Assembly (NCBI GenBank): GCA_022072125.1
Contig: JAJVIH010000016.1
Location: 29,081-93,080, forward strand
Length of the DNA stretch: 64,000 nt
Direction: 5' to 3'
Origin: Myxococcota bacterium
GTDB lineage: Bacteria > Myxococcota > JAJVIH01
In this document: piece by piece, positions 33,295-44,400 of the stretch
Numbering within the stretch: position 1 is the first letter of the stretch
How the letters are laid out: every line of letters starts with the position of its first letter
Notes under the pieces: generated by a model
Seen by the model: only the letters and a program-made list of their open reading frames with translations
Database searches by the model: none
What the model was told of the DNA's origin: nothing
Made by a program: the position numbers and the translations under genes

Positions 33295-34679
33295 TGAAGC
33301 GGAGAGCCCGTGAATTGATTCCCTGGATGATCCTGTCTCTGGCCGCGGGCTGCGGCGCGGAAAGCGCCCTGGTCACGAATGCGCCTGGGGATGGCGTGAT
33401 CCGGCTGTTTGATGTTCCGATCACCGGCATGAAGATCGAGGCGCCGGCGGCGGCGGGCCCCCCCGTCAAGGCCGAATTGAGCGGAACCCTGCGCGAGCCC
33501 TGCGGATCCATCAACCGGATTTACGCGGAGGCCGGCGGCAAACGCCTGCGCTTCCGGGCGCTGGAAGGCCGCAGTTTCACCCCATGCCAGAACGGCGGTC
33601 CCAGCGAATTCCTCGAACGGGCGGAAGTATTCGGGCTGGGAGCGGGCCGCCACCAGTTCATTGGCGGCGGCCAAACCGTCGAGGCGTTGATCGCGCCAGA
33701 GGCGGAAGGTCTGAAATCCTGTCCGGAACAACCCTTCGCCATTCGCAACGTGGTCATTCCCTCGCGGGTTCCGCGCGGGAGCCCTTGGGTCGCGGAAGGC
33801 GTGGTCCGGACCGATCATCTTTGCCAGTTGCCGGTCCGGCCCGAGGTCAACATGGAAGGCGACCGCATCCTCATGTCCTGGATGGGGCATTCCTGCGCCG
33901 CGGGAGGCGAAGGCTGCGAGGATATTCCGGGTGAGGAGCCGGTCCAGGTCAAAATCCCGCCGCTGTGGTCTCCGTTCATCACCGTCAACTGGGGTGAGGG
34001 AGATCGCCGCATCCAGCTCATGGAGCCCACCCGCGAATGTTCGTCCGGGCAACCGCTGTCCGCCAATGTCCGGCTGGAAAAAGCGGGATTGCGCGAACCG
34101 CCGGGTCATGTCATCGCCGCGGACTTCACCCTGCCGGGGGGAACCTGGCCCACGCCCGTTGAACTGGTGCGCATCGGCGCCTCGTTCGAGGTGGTGCTGG
34201 GCTGGTATGAATGTGATCCGGGCAGTTCCGTGGAGCCGCCGCGCGCCATCGTCCGCCGCATACCGGTGGGTGAATTGCCGCCGGGCGAATACCAGATCGG
34301 CGTCAACGGCGGCGTTCCCGTCAAGGCGCGGGTGGATCTGCCTTGCGTGGAAACCGCCGCCGCCGCCCGTGAGGTCCTGCTCTCCTCGGGCGCCAGCGCG
34401 GCGGGTGAAAATTTCATCCTGGCCGCCGGGCAGCCGCTGACCATTCAGGCGTCCGGAAACACCCTCGACGGCTGCCATGACGCCGTGGGCCTGGCCGTCA
34501 AGCGATCCGGTCAGGATATTTCCCTGCGCGTCCGGCAGCAGCGCTGCAACCCCGTTTCCTTCTGCGAGGCGCCCCCCAGGGAATACCGCCTGCACGCCCT
34601 GGTGACCGGCCTCGGCGTTGGGAACTGGCGCGTGCAGACGGCGGAGGATCAGCCTCCCATGACCTTCCAGGTGCGCTGA
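33294..34679 (+). CDS. Cys-rich hypothetical lipoprotein, 461 aa
   Basis: Lipobox LAAGC; about 16 Cys; 1-nt stop/start overlap with the upstream gene. Confidence 0.78.
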   Translation: MKRRARELIPWMILSLAAGCGAESALVTNAPGDGVIRLFDVPITGMKIEAPAAAGPPVKAELSGTLREPCGSINRIYAEAGGKRLRFRALEGRSFTPCQNGGPSEFLERAEVFGLGAGRHQFIGGGQTVEALIAPEAEGLKSCPEQPFAIRNVVIPSRVPRGSPWVAEGVVRTDHLCQLPVRPEVNMEGDRILMSWMGHSCAAGGEGCEDIPGEEPVQVKIPPLWSPFITVNWGEGDRRIQLMEPTRECSSGQPLSANVRLEKAGLREPPGHVIAADFTLPGGTWPTPVELVRIGASFEVVLGWYECDPGSSVEPPRAIVRRIPVGELPPGEYQIGVNGGVPVKARVDLPCVETAAAAREVLLSSGASAAGENFILAAGQPLTIQASGNTLDGCHDAVGLAVKRSGQDISLRVRQQRCNPVSFCEAPPREYRLHALVTGLGVGNWRVQTAEDQPPMTFQVR

Positions 34680-34680
34680 A

Positions 34681-35415
34681 GTGAGCGGACGCCTGCCGCC
34701 GGCGAAAACGCTGCTGTGGTGGTTGTGCGGCGTCACCGCCTGTGTGGGAGTAATTGGCGCCCTCGGCCGCCTGATCCCGGTCTTTGGACCGCATTCCGGC
34801 GCGCTGATCTCGCTGCTGCTGTTCGTATCCGCTGTCGCCGCCGCCCACCGGTATCAACTCGATAATCCGGAGATCGGACTGACGCTGGAGCGTCCCCGCG
34901 TCTGGGCGGTTCAGGCGTTGGCCTGGTTTGTGATCACCGCTGTTCCGTGGACGCCGCTTTTCCTGGCCTGGTCCGGACTGATGAAAACCGGCGGATGGAC
35001 CAGCGCCTTCACCTCGCCGCAGGAGTGGATCAACAGCTTCCAGCGGGAGTGGGCGGCTTTCCAGTTCCGTTTGCCCGATGGATTCGCCGGACTGGCGCTG
35101 TCGCAGGTGCTCGCGGTCGCCCTGCCCGAGGAGCTGTTTTACCGCGGACTGGTTCAGGGACACCTGGAGCGGTGCTGGCCCGCCCGCCGGAGATTATGGG
35201 GCGCGCCAGTGGGACGGGCGTTGCTGGCGACCAGCGCGGTCTTTGCCGCGGGACATGTCATCAGCTATATGCATCCCCAGCAGGCGGGGGTGTTTTTTCC
35301 GGCGTTGCTGTATGGCTGGCTGCGCGCCCGCAGCGGAGGCGTCGCCGCGCCGGTGCTGGTCCACGCGGGACACAACCTGTGGGCGGCGGTCATGTGGGAA
35401 AGCGTCTGGCGGTGA
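34681..35415 (+). CDS. CPBP family intramembrane metalloprotease (CAAX protease-like)
   Basis: Motifs EELFYRG, FAAGH and HAGHN on a multi-TM scaffold; GTG start. Confidence 0.85.
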   Translation: MSGRLPPAKTLLWWLCGVTACVGVIGALGRLIPVFGPHSGALISLLLFVSAVAAAHRYQLDNPEIGLTLERPRVWAVQALAWFVITAVPWTPLFLAWSGLMKTGGWTSAFTSPQEWINSFQREWAAFQFRLPDGFAGLALSQVLAVALPEELFYRGLVQGHLERCWPARRRLWGAPVGRALLATSAVFAAGHVISYMHPQQAGVFFPALLYGWLRARSGGVAAPVLVHAGHNLWAAVMWESVWR

Positions 35416-35419
35416 GTTG

Positions 35420-35641
35420 ATGATGAGATTCCTTCGCATCCTGTTGCTGATGGCGTTGGGCGCCGCGCTGTTCTGGTATTTCCAGCGGTTGACCCGGGCG
35501 ATGAAAGAACGCCGCCGCCGGGAAAACGCCTCGCGCGGAGAAATCATCGAGGCCGAATACACCGCGCAGCCCCATCCGCGCCCCGGCGGCGGTCCGGGCG
35601 AAGACGGCGGAGAAAATTCCGGTCCCGCCAGCCCACCCTGA
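35420..35641 (+). CDS. Small membrane protein, 73 aa
   Basis: MMRFLRILLLMALGAALFWYFQ TM helix followed by a charged tail; starts 5 nt after the CPBP stop. Confidence 0.45.
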   Translation: MMRFLRILLLMALGAALFWYFQRLTRAMKERRRRENASRGEIIEAEYTAQPHPRPGGGPGEDGGENSGPASPP

Positions 35642-35725
35642 TCCGGGCTTCCCGTTGAAATGACTTCGCGGCCTCCGGAGCGGAGACCGCAAAAGGGTTG
35701 AATGCATCCGCCAAGGGGCGGGCGA

Positions 35726-38386
35726 TCATTCCTTCCCGGCGAGTTCCAGTTTCTTGAGATTTGGATCGGCGGAAATCGCCGCCTCGCTGAACAGGATATC
35801 CCGGAATTTGCGGGACGAGAACAGTCCGGTCTGATCGGCGAAGTGGGGCGAACGGCTGTCTCCCGACTGCGAATAGGTCAGGATGGCTTTGGCCCGCGGC
35901 CCCTGGTCCGTATACTCCAGCGCCATCACGAAGCTGCTGCCGTGCCCCACCACGTATCCCAGATCGCTCAGCCCCGTCAGGCCGTTGATGGTCTTGCCCT
36001 TGGGGATGCGCGGCAGGAGCGTTCCATTCATGGGTTCGCCGATATCCATCATGTTGAAAGCGCCCTCGACCGTGCCGTTGCCGCCGGGAACGGGAATGCG
36101 CTTGCCGTTCTTCACGAAATGCTGCGCCTCGCCGAGGGGAGTGTCCGGCTTGAGTTTGGCCTGCTCCAGGCGCTGGAAGGCCTTCGCGATGTTGATCAGG
36201 ATGAGGTCCTGGGTTCCGGCCGCCGCCAGCCCCGAAGGCGTGGACTCCGGCTTCGCCGGATCAAAAGCCTGGGAAAACAGCTTGCCCTTGTCGAAATAAT
36301 CCTTCCACTCAAAACTTCCCAGGAATTCGCGCCAGGCCAGCGCGCCCCTGCTATCCGGATGCAGGCGGCCGTCCCAGTTGCGCAGCGCGTCGCACATGCT
36401 GGAAATATTGATCGCCTTGCCGGCCACCGTGACCTCCTTCAGCCCGGTGCAACGCTCGATCACGGGCTGGCGCAGGGTTTCTTCCATCCAGCCGCGGTTG
36501 GCGGCGAGGACGCCCGCCAGTTCATCGAGGGTGAATTTGCCATCCGCGCCGGAGACGCCGCCCTCGCGCGTTTCGGTGATCATCACCAGGTTGAGGCGGG
36601 TGCGCGGATCGCGCGGGGTCTTCTCCAGCCCGAACAAGGGCGAAAAACCTTCCAGCCGCTGCGCCGGATTGCTCAGCCAGTGGCTGTCGTTGGAATTGAA
36701 AACAAAGTCCGTGCGCCGGAGCCTGGGCGCTTTCGACAAGGGAACCAGACCGGGGCGCGGCGAATCCGCTTCCGTGACCCACTCGAACACCGGGTCGGAG
36801 CCATCCAGCAGCACCGCGCCATTGTTGTAGACCAACCCCACCAGCCCATCCTCCTTGATCAGCTTTTGCCAGGCTTCCAGGCCCTCCTTGCTGAGGTTGG
36901 GAACGGAGGTGGAGTCCATGTACAGGACGTTGCCTTCCTTGTCGGCGGCCATGGTGTTGACCCAGGGAATGCCGTGAACCTTTTCGTGCGCGCCGGCGAA
37001 TTCATCCATACTTCCCGCCGACGCCATGCGGTAGAACTGCTCCAGCAGGGCGCTGCTGTCGTCGTTGGCGTCGCGCATGGTCAGGCCAAGCTGCGGCTGC
37101 CAGCCGAAAGGCTGGACGTTGAGCATGGGACCGTAGTGGGTGCGGTACAGCACACGTTCGCGTTTGGCCAGGGAGCCGTCCGCCTGTTTGACCTCGATGG
37201 AGAAGCGCGTCGCAGTCATGTTCCGCCACTCCTTGCCGTAGCGGTACTGGGTGGGATTGCGCGGGTTGATGGTCAGTTTGTAGAGCGTGAATCGCTGCGA
37301 GGACGATACGGTATGCGTCCAGCCCACGTTTTCATTGAAGCCGATGTTGATTCCCACCACGCCCATCAGCGCCACGCCGTAGGCGTTGAGCTTGCCCGGC
37401 ACGGTCAGGTGGACTTCATGCAGCTTGAGTTCGCCTTCCCAGGGGAAATGCGGATTGGCCAGCACCATGCCCCGTCCGGAAGCGCTGCGTTCCCTGCCGA
37501 TGGCCCAGCCGTTGCTGCCCAGCCGCGGCCGCAGGTTGGGAAAGCCCTTCATATCTCCCGGCTGGATGGACGGCGGCGCCTTGCTCGGGGAAGGCGCGGG
37601 CGGTGACGCGGCGGCCATGGGATTGAGGAACTGCAGGCCCGAGGCGAAATGTCCCAGCGCGAAATAATAGGCCGTCAGGTCATATGGCGATACCGGGCGC
37701 ACCCAGGGCTGGTTGGCGCATTCCGCCGGGAGGTCCGCCGGTTTGGTGTCCGCCAGGTATTTGTTGAAGCCCGCCGCGTAGCCCCGGATCATGTCACGCA
37801 GTTCCGGACTGAATTTGGGCAGCGCCAGGCGCGCCTTGCGCATCACATCCAGTTGCAGGAAGGCGAAGTCGCTGTCCACATGGCGGTCATTGTTGCCCGG
37901 GCCGAGGAACATCGCCCGTTCGCCGCGCACGCGCACGATCTGATCGGCGAGGGTGCAAACATGATCCTGGGCGAATGCGTAACCCTGGCCGAAGGCGGCG
38001 CTTCCCGGATCATCCGCGGTGATATGCGGGACGCCATAACTGGTGCGGCGGATCACGGCCTTGTATTCGCGCGCCTCGAATTTCTCCTCCGGCGGCAGGA
38101 CAAAACCGGTGATGGTGACGCCGCCCGGTCCCCCGTCCGGTTCGTCCGGGCCGGATGATCCGCCATCGCTTCCCCCGCCGCCTGTATCGGCGGGCGCGGT
38201 GTCTGGCGCGGTGTCCGGTCCGGCGGCGTCTCCCGGTCCGGCGTCTTCAGCCGGGGCGGCGTCCGCGGGCGCGCCGTCCCGATCCCCCGGCGCGGGGCCG
38301 GAATCATTGACATTCTCCGTGGAGGAACAGGCGGCGGACAGCAGCGCGGCGATCAACCAGACATACAGGTGCTTGCGCATGGCCAA
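35726..38386 (-). CDS. Penicillin amidase / acyl-homoserine-lactone acylase family (Ntn hydrolase) lipoprotein
   Basis: Lipobox LLSAAC; internal GSNGWAIG at the beta-subunit nucleophile site; 886 aa. Confidence 0.85.
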   Translation of the reverse strand: MAMRKHLYVWLIAALLSAACSSTENVNDSGPAPGDRDGAPADAAPAEDAGPGDAAGPDTAPDTAPADTGGGGSDGGSSGPDEPDGGPGGVTITGFVLPPEEKFEAREYKAVIRRTSYGVPHITADDPGSAAFGQGYAFAQDHVCTLADQIVRVRGERAMFLGPGNNDRHVDSDFAFLQLDVMRKARLALPKFSPELRDMIRGYAAGFNKYLADTKPADLPAECANQPWVRPVSPYDLTAYYFALGHFASGLQFLNPMAAASPPAPSPSKAPPSIQPGDMKGFPNLRPRLGSNGWAIGRERSASGRGMVLANPHFPWEGELKLHEVHLTVPGKLNAYGVALMGVVGINIGFNENVGWTHTVSSSQRFTLYKLTINPRNPTQYRYGKEWRNMTATRFSIEVKQADGSLAKRERVLYRTHYGPMLNVQPFGWQPQLGLTMRDANDDSSALLEQFYRMASAGSMDEFAGAHEKVHGIPWVNTMAADKEGNVLYMDSTSVPNLSKEGLEAWQKLIKEDGLVGLVYNNGAVLLDGSDPVFEWVTEADSPRPGLVPLSKAPRLRRTDFVFNSNDSHWLSNPAQRLEGFSPLFGLEKTPRDPRTRLNLVMITETREGGVSGADGKFTLDELAGVLAANRGWMEETLRQPVIERCTGLKEVTVAGKAINISSMCDALRNWDGRLHPDSRGALAWREFLGSFEWKDYFDKGKLFSQAFDPAKPESTPSGLAAAGTQDLILINIAKAFQRLEQAKLKPDTPLGEAQHFVKNGKRIPVPGGNGTVEGAFNMMDIGEPMNGTLLPRIPKGKTINGLTGLSDLGYVVGHGSSFVMALEYTDQGPRAKAILTYSQSGDSRSPHFADQTGLFSSRKFRDILFSEAAISADPNLKKLELAGKE

Positions 38387-38477
38387 CTCCGATCAGATGG
38401 CGGACAGGTGGAAGGAAAGGATGGTTCGAAGGCCCCGGAAGCCGTCATGAGCCTGCCGGGCGCCGCCGGAAAGACAA

Positions 38478-39290
38478 TCAATTGGACAGCCGGATGGGCA
38501 GATCCGCCGCCAGCACACGGTCTCCGCCGTCGTCGCGCGCGGCCCCCCGGTTGCTGACCCGCATGCGGATGCTGTCGCGGTAATGGTCGTAGAAACCGAC
38601 GTAGATCTTGGCCTCGTACGACTGGAAATTCGAGTACACGTAGTGGGTGAAGCGGTCGGCCACCAGTTCGCCTTTGCGCCACATGTCTGTGGGGTATTTT
38701 CCATCCGCCGGGAAATGATCCTTGATCATGCGGGTGGAGCCGTCCATGTGTACGAAAATCTTGTAGTCCACCCCCACGGGCTGAAGTACGCGGTAATACA
38801 GGATCACATCCACGCGCTCGGTCGGGGCGAAATGCTCGCGCATCACCTGCCAGGGCCGGCCGTCCACGAACTTGTTGGGAACGCCGTCAAGCTGGATGAC
38901 ATCGCCCTGCACGCCGGTGATTTCGTACTTCTCGTAGTAACCTTCCGGATCGCCGGTGAAGAACAGGTCCCCGGCGCGCACGCCCTTTGCGGGCAGCCCC
39001 GCGCCTTCCAGCAGAAGCGCCTTGTCCTGACCGGAAACCCGCTTCGCCTCCTTGCCATCGGCGAGGATATTGTTCACGCCGAAGAAATCGGTTCCTTCCA
39101 GCTTGAGGGCGTTGTCCCAGATGGCCTGGGAACGGCGTTTTTCGGGGATGCGCGGCATCTCCGGCAGGATCACGCTGCCCAGTTTTTCCCGGTTGAAATT
39201 GTGCCGGGTTTCTTCCACCGATTGCGGATCCGGCAGGCAGGCGCCAAGGGCCAGAACCACCGCCGGAATAGCCATGAATTTCTTCATCAT
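38478..39290 (-). CDS. Hypothetical lipoprotein, 270 aa
   Basis: MMKKFMAIPAVVLALGAC lipobox. Confidence 0.72.
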   Translation of the reverse strand: MMKKFMAIPAVVLALGACLPDPQSVEETRHNFNREKLGSVILPEMPRIPEKRRSQAIWDNALKLEGTDFFGVNNILADGKEAKRVSGQDKALLLEGAGLPAKGVRAGDLFFTGDPEGYYEKYEITGVQGDVIQLDGVPNKFVDGRPWQVMREHFAPTERVDVILYYRVLQPVGVDYKIFVHMDGSTRMIKDHFPADGKYPTDMWRKGELVADRFTHYVYSNFQSYEAKIYVGFYDHYRDSIRMRVSNRGAARDDGGDRVLAADLPIRLSN

Positions 39291-39339
39291 CGGATCAATG
39301 GTGTGAGGAGGGAGGCGGGATGGCCGCTGGCCGGCGCCG

Positions 39340-40548
39340 TTATTTTTTCTCTTCCGCGGGTTTGGGCGCTTCTTCAGGCTTTTTCTCTCCGGCCGTGCCG
39401 TTGGCTGGCGCTTCCTTGCCGTTCTCGTCGGAAGGCGGCGCCGCGGCGGGGGCTTCCGGAGGCGGAATCAACGGCACGAAATTTTTCTGCTGTTTGACGA
39501 CCAGAAGGGTGTGCGAACCGCCCTTGGCGGGAATCTGCACGGCGGCGATCTCCTCCGTCAGCGCCACGCCGGTTTCCACGGTGCCGCCGGTGACCTCGCC
39601 CAGTTCGGTCAGGACGTTGTTGAAGAGTTCAGCCGCCTCTTCCTTCTGTTTGGCCATCTCCTTGGGCAGCATTTTGCGGAAGCCCTTGTCGTCCTTCTTG
39701 ATGAGGACCTTGACCAGCTTGTTGCCGTAATCCAGCCATTCCCCCAGTTCAGCGGCGGGGCGGTAATGATGCACGATGACCATGGATTTATCCGCCTGCG
39801 CCAGCAACAGGGGAGCAGGGGCGCGCCCTCCCCCCACGAACGCGAGCCAGTTGCCGTCGCCCAGGTCCCGCAGGCTCTCCACCTTGGCGCCTTCGGTGCC
39901 GGTGGGGAAAAACGCCTTCTTCCAGTTATCGAGCCATTTGCGGAAATTGTCCGCCGAAAACCCTTTTTTCGCCGCCTCGGGGAGACCATTCTCGTACGCG
40001 CTGGCGTCATCCTGCCTGATTTGCTCGAAGACTGCTTTCGCCAGCGCCTGCGGGCTGTCCCCGCTTTCCTCCTGGTTCCCGTCGAACGAGGTCCACGCCC
40101 AGGTTCCATCAATTTTTTCCAGGTTGATGGATAGCGCCTGCTTGTCCAGACCGATCTTGAACTGGACATGGGTATTGTCAGTCCATTGGGGATCTCCGAT
40201 TAACTGGATTTTCTCCAGGGGCACCCCCTCGAAATAAAATTCTTCGTAATTCTTCATTTCCTCATCGAATTGCGCCTGGGTGAATTTCTCCCGCATGGAC
40301 ATGGGCAACAGGTCCCGGAACGCCGCGTAATTGCGGGTGTTGATGGCCTTGACGTAACGCTGGGCGATGGACTTCACATCCACCTTGTCGAGGCCTTCCA
40401 CCAGTCCGGTTCCCTGCTGAGCGGGTGCGGCGCCAGGCGCCGGGGCTTCCTGTTTCTTTTCGCACGCGGACAGGACAAACCACGCGGCGGACACCAGCAG
40501 AAGGAACATCCAGCGCGGGCGGGCGGAGCAATACGGACGCGGGCTCAT
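39340..40548 (-). CDS. Hypothetical lipoprotein with Lys/Glu/Pro-rich C-terminal tail
   Basis: Start taken at MSPRPY...FVLSAC (lipobox); C-terminal ...EKKPEEAPKPAEEKK. Confidence 0.72.
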   Translation of the reverse strand: MSPRPYCSARPRWMFLLLVSAAWFVLSACEKKQEAPAPGAAPAQQGTGLVEGLDKVDVKSIAQRYVKAINTRNYAAFRDLLPMSMREKFTQAQFDEEMKNYEEFYFEGVPLEKIQLIGDPQWTDNTHVQFKIGLDKQALSINLEKIDGTWAWTSFDGNQEESGDSPQALAKAVFEQIRQDDASAYENGLPEAAKKGFSADNFRKWLDNWKKAFFPTGTEGAKVESLRDLGDGNWLAFVGGGRAPAPLLLAQADKSMVIVHHYRPAAELGEWLDYGNKLVKVLIKKDDKGFRKMLPKEMAKQKEEAAELFNNVLTELGEVTGGTVETGVALTEEIAAVQIPAKGGSHTLLVVKQQKNFVPLIPPPEAPAAAPPSDENGKEAPANGTAGEKKPEEAPKPAEEKK

Positions 40549-40640
40549 GTCGTTTCTCCAGTCAGGGGACGCCCCGGTGGATACCACGGGAGCACGGGCT
40601 TGAAAAGCAGCAGACAGCCCCCGGCAGGCGGGGCGAGCCA

Positions 40641-41153
40641 TCACCACACCTTCCAGCACCAGACGCCGTAGTTCCATTCAAACTGGGCCGGCAATTCAAG
40701 CTGGCCTTCACCATAGGTGACACTGGCGGTGCGGGCGCGGTGGAATTTCACCGATTTGACCTTGATGTTATCCACCTTTCCGTTAAAGGGCAGATGAATC
40801 ATCGTCACGAGCTGGTCGAAGGCCTGTTTTTCCACTTCTTTGCGGACGGGATCGGGATAGAGCCGCAGAAACGCCTTGAAATCCTTGCGTTTGATGGTGT
40901 CCAGGAAGCGGTTGAAGGACGCCGTCACCGCCGCCGGATCGCGCGGCGCTTTCTGGGCGGCGCGCGATCCATCCCCCTCTGGCCGCGAAGCGGAATGCGC
41001 CTTTCCGGAAGAAACCGGCGCAAGTGTCCCGCTGCTTTCCATTCCCCCCGGGTTGGATGGTTTCGCCGCCGCCTCCCGGTCCGCCGCCGCGCCCATTATC
41101 AGGAACATGGCGGCGGCTCCAGACAATACGCGGATCAAACGGGTTTCAGCCAC
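40641..41153 (-). CDS. Secreted hypothetical protein, about 170 aa
   Basis: GTG start with AGGAGGA 7 nt upstream; signal peptide ...VLSGAAAMFLIMGAAA. Confidence 0.6.
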   Translation of the reverse strand: MAETRLIRVLSGAAAMFLIMGAAADREAAAKPSNPGGMESSGTLAPVSSGKAHSASRPEGDGSRAAQKAPRDPAAVTASFNRFLDTIKRKDFKAFLRLYPDPVRKEVEKQAFDQLVTMIHLPFNGKVDNIKVKSVKFHRARTASVTYGEGQLELPAQFEWNYGVWCWKVW

Positions 41154-41356
41154 GCGATTCCTCCTGTCATTCCGGATCATGGATGGGGCGGGTCTTCCAG
41201 CGCCCGCCGGACGAATAGTGTACCGCATCCGGGCGCGAAGCTCACGTGTTCCATTTCAACAGGTCCCCTGGCGCGGTCTCTCCGCCTCTTTTCGTTTCCG
41301 TGTGGCGGTCTTTATGGTCCTTCAGGAAGTTGATGCCAGGCCTTTCATCGTCCGGC

Positions 41357-41386
41357 AAAAAAGCAGGCCCATGGGCCTGCTTTTTT
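41357..41386. terminator. Bidirectional rho-independent terminator
   Basis: AAAAAA-GCAGGCCC-at-GGGCCTGC-TTTTTT: an 8-bp GC stem flanked by an A-run and a T-run, between convergent genes. Confidence 0.85.
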
Positions 41387-41411
41387 GTTTGTTGGATCCC
41401 AGGATACCGAA

Positions 41412-44400
41412 TCAGTAGGTTCCAATTTCTCCATTCTTGCCGGTTTCGCCCTGTTCTCCGCCGGCGCCGCCCGCGCCTCCGCCGCCGGGAATGAGCTGGT
41501 TGTTCAACGTGGTGGGCTTGGAACTGCCGGCCTGGATAATGGCGAAGGAAGGACCGCCTCCGCCTCCGCCGCCATCACCGCCCTTGCCGCCCTTGCCGCC
41601 ATCTCCGCCGCGCCCGCCGGCGCCGCCGTCGTTGCCGCTGTAGCTGGTGCTGCCGCCGGCGCCGCCGGTTCCGGCCTTGGCGGATTCGCCGCCGCGGCTG
41701 CCATCGCCGCCGTCTCCGCCCTTGCCGGAGATGATCGTGGAGTATTCAATCTTCGGCGAGGAATTCCACAGGAAGAGCCCCGCGGAAGCGCCGCCGGGTT
41801 CGCCGCCCTTGCCGCCCACGCCCCCTGCTCCACCGCCTCCGCCGCCGCCGCCCGCTCCGCCATAATCGGCGCAGCACCAGCCCAGATCGCCATCGCATCC
41901 GCCGCCACCGCCGCCACCACCGCCTCCGCCGCCGCCCGGCTGGCCATCTTCGCCGTCTCCGCCCTTGCCGCCGGTCCACTGGCCGTTCACCACCGAGCCC
42001 AAGCCATTGCCCATGGCGCCCGGAACACCGTCCTTGCCATCCTTGCCGCGTGCTCCCAGGCCGCCGCCTCCGCCGCGGGAACCGCCGCTGCCCGCGCCGC
42101 CCGCGCACCCACCCGCTCCGTCAGGGCCGGAGCCGCTGTCCGGATTGCACGGCTGAGCGCCCGCGCCCGGCGTTCCGGCGTTGCCGCCGCCCTTCTTGTG
42201 ACCCGGCACGCCGCCGCTGCCGCCGGTATTGGCGCCGTTGCCGCCGCTGCCCACATTGGGACGGCTGCACGAAGCGCAGCCCAGGCTGCCAATCCCGCCG
42301 ATGCCCCATTTTTCGCCGCCCGATTCGCATTGTGGATTGCCGGGGTTGCCAGTCTGGCCAATGTTGGCGTTGGCGGGAACCGGATCACCCGGCTTGCCGT
42401 CGGCGCCGTCGCCCGCCTGGATGACCGCCTTGTTGATCAGCAGGAAATCCTTCGAATCGCCCACCGCCACGCAGAACGCCGCTTCGCCGGGGGTGAAGGC
42501 GGACTGGCACTGCAATCCCACGTGATCGAGCACGGTCAATTCGGTCAGCCCCTGAACGAACATGATTCGCGGTTTCGAGCTGATCAGCTTGACCTCGTGG
42601 GTCTGGGAGCGTTTCCATGCGGCCTGCTGGTTGTAACCGCCGTACAGTTTGATGCCGTTGGGCAGCGAGATCGGGTTTTTGATGTTGTAGACGCCCTGCG
42701 AGATGTACACCGACTTGCTCGGGATATTCCGCGCGGCGGCGATACCGGCCTCGATGGTCTTCTTGGGTTTGTCCATCGTTCCGGGGGAGCCGTCGCTGCC
42801 CGAGGCGGAAACGTAGATCGCCTGGATATTCTTCGGATCCCGGCTTGCGAGGCCATCCACCCCATCGCAGTTGGAATCTTCGTAATCGTTGTCGGGAACG
42901 TCGTCCGGGCCCACGTAGTCGCAGGCGTATTCACACCCATTGGCCGGGTCGCCATCCAGATCCACCTTGCCCTTGTCGCATCCGGTGCCTTCGCCAAACA
43001 GCTTGAGCACCGTGCGTCCCGATCCGAATTTGGCGTGGACGATCGTGACTTCCGCTTCCACCGCTCCCACCTTGGTGGGTTGCAGGATGGCGGTCAGCTT
43101 GAGCACGGTCTTGTTGCCCGCTTCATTGACCAGTTCCGCCGGGTAGATGGTCGGAATGCCGTTGACCACAATCGCCGGATCGGGTTTGGTCACGGAAATG
43201 CTGTCAATTTCGATGGTTCCGGTGCCCGCGTTCTGCACGTAGATTTCCTTGGGGGGCGATTTGCCGCCAATGGACACCTTGCCCAGGTCCACCGGCGCGG
43301 GCGGGGTGATCTGCAGCTTGGGCTCCGATCCGACGCCTTCCACGGGGACTTCCACCGCGTTGGGCGAAGCCGCCGTGAGAATGAGGATTTTGTTTTCCCT
43401 CAGCCCCGCCTGCTTCGGTTCGAAGCTGACCTTCATTTCGTAAGTCTGCCCCGGGTCCACGCGGGTGGGCGCGTTGATCAGCTTGAAGTCGTCGCTGGTG
43501 ACGGCGAGTTTGACCTCCTTCACCACCAGGGATTCATCCGGCGAGACGTTGGTCAGGCGCAGGCTCTTTTCCGACTTCTGCCCCATCAGCGTTTCCGGGA
43601 AATTCAGCTTGGAGGGGTCCACCACAAGGCCTGCCGGGGTGACGCCCGCCGCCGCGCTCAGGGTGATGGTGGTCGCGCCGTCGTCGGGTTGGCCGTTGTT
43701 GTCAATGTCGGTGTCGTTGGTCTTGACATCAATCACCGCGTCATGACGGCCTTTTTTCTGTGCGAGGAAATTGACCGTGACCTTCACCTCCTGGCCGGGG
43801 TTCAGGAAGATCGGAATCTTCGCGTTGGGGTTCACGCCCACCACGTCGAAAGTCAACTGGAATTGATCAAACGCCGTGCCCGCCGTCTGCCGGACCTTGA
43901 ACTCGTTGAGTCCCAGGATGCTGGTTCCATTGCCGTTGTTCTTGACCGTGAAGACCTGATTGACCGGCTTGTTCACGTCGGTGGCGCCGAAGGTGATGGA
44001 ATGGTTCGCCGGGCCATTGGCGGCGGGCCACACCACCGTCGCCGGAGAGGCGTTGTTCTGGACGATGTTGTAATCCACCTCTCCCTTGTAGGTGCTGGCC
44101 ATCGCCACGCTGATTTTGGGGGTCTTGGCGTTGGAGATGACCTCGATGGTCCCGGAATCCGGCTTTTCATCGTCGGGTGAATACACCACCTGGAACACCG
44201 TCACGTCGCCCGGCTCCAGGATGGCCGCGGGGACCGGGTTGGGATCCAGCGCGAACGCCTTGCTGGTGGTGGATTCAAACTTCACTTCCAGCAACTGCAC
44301 CTTGCTCTGGCCCACATTGGAAATGCGCACCTGTTTGGTGGATGAACTGCCGAAACTGACCGCGCCGAAATCCAGCACCTGCGGGCTCACCTCCAGCACG

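Noticed and set aside
41385-44180. 931-aa plus-strand ORF antisense to the giant Gly-rich gene, plus Pro-rich ORFs 41437..41643 and 41647..41865
   Set aside because: Mirror-image reading of GGC-rich codons (Ala/Pro/Arg-rich); the minus-strand gene has the lipobox and recognisable domains.
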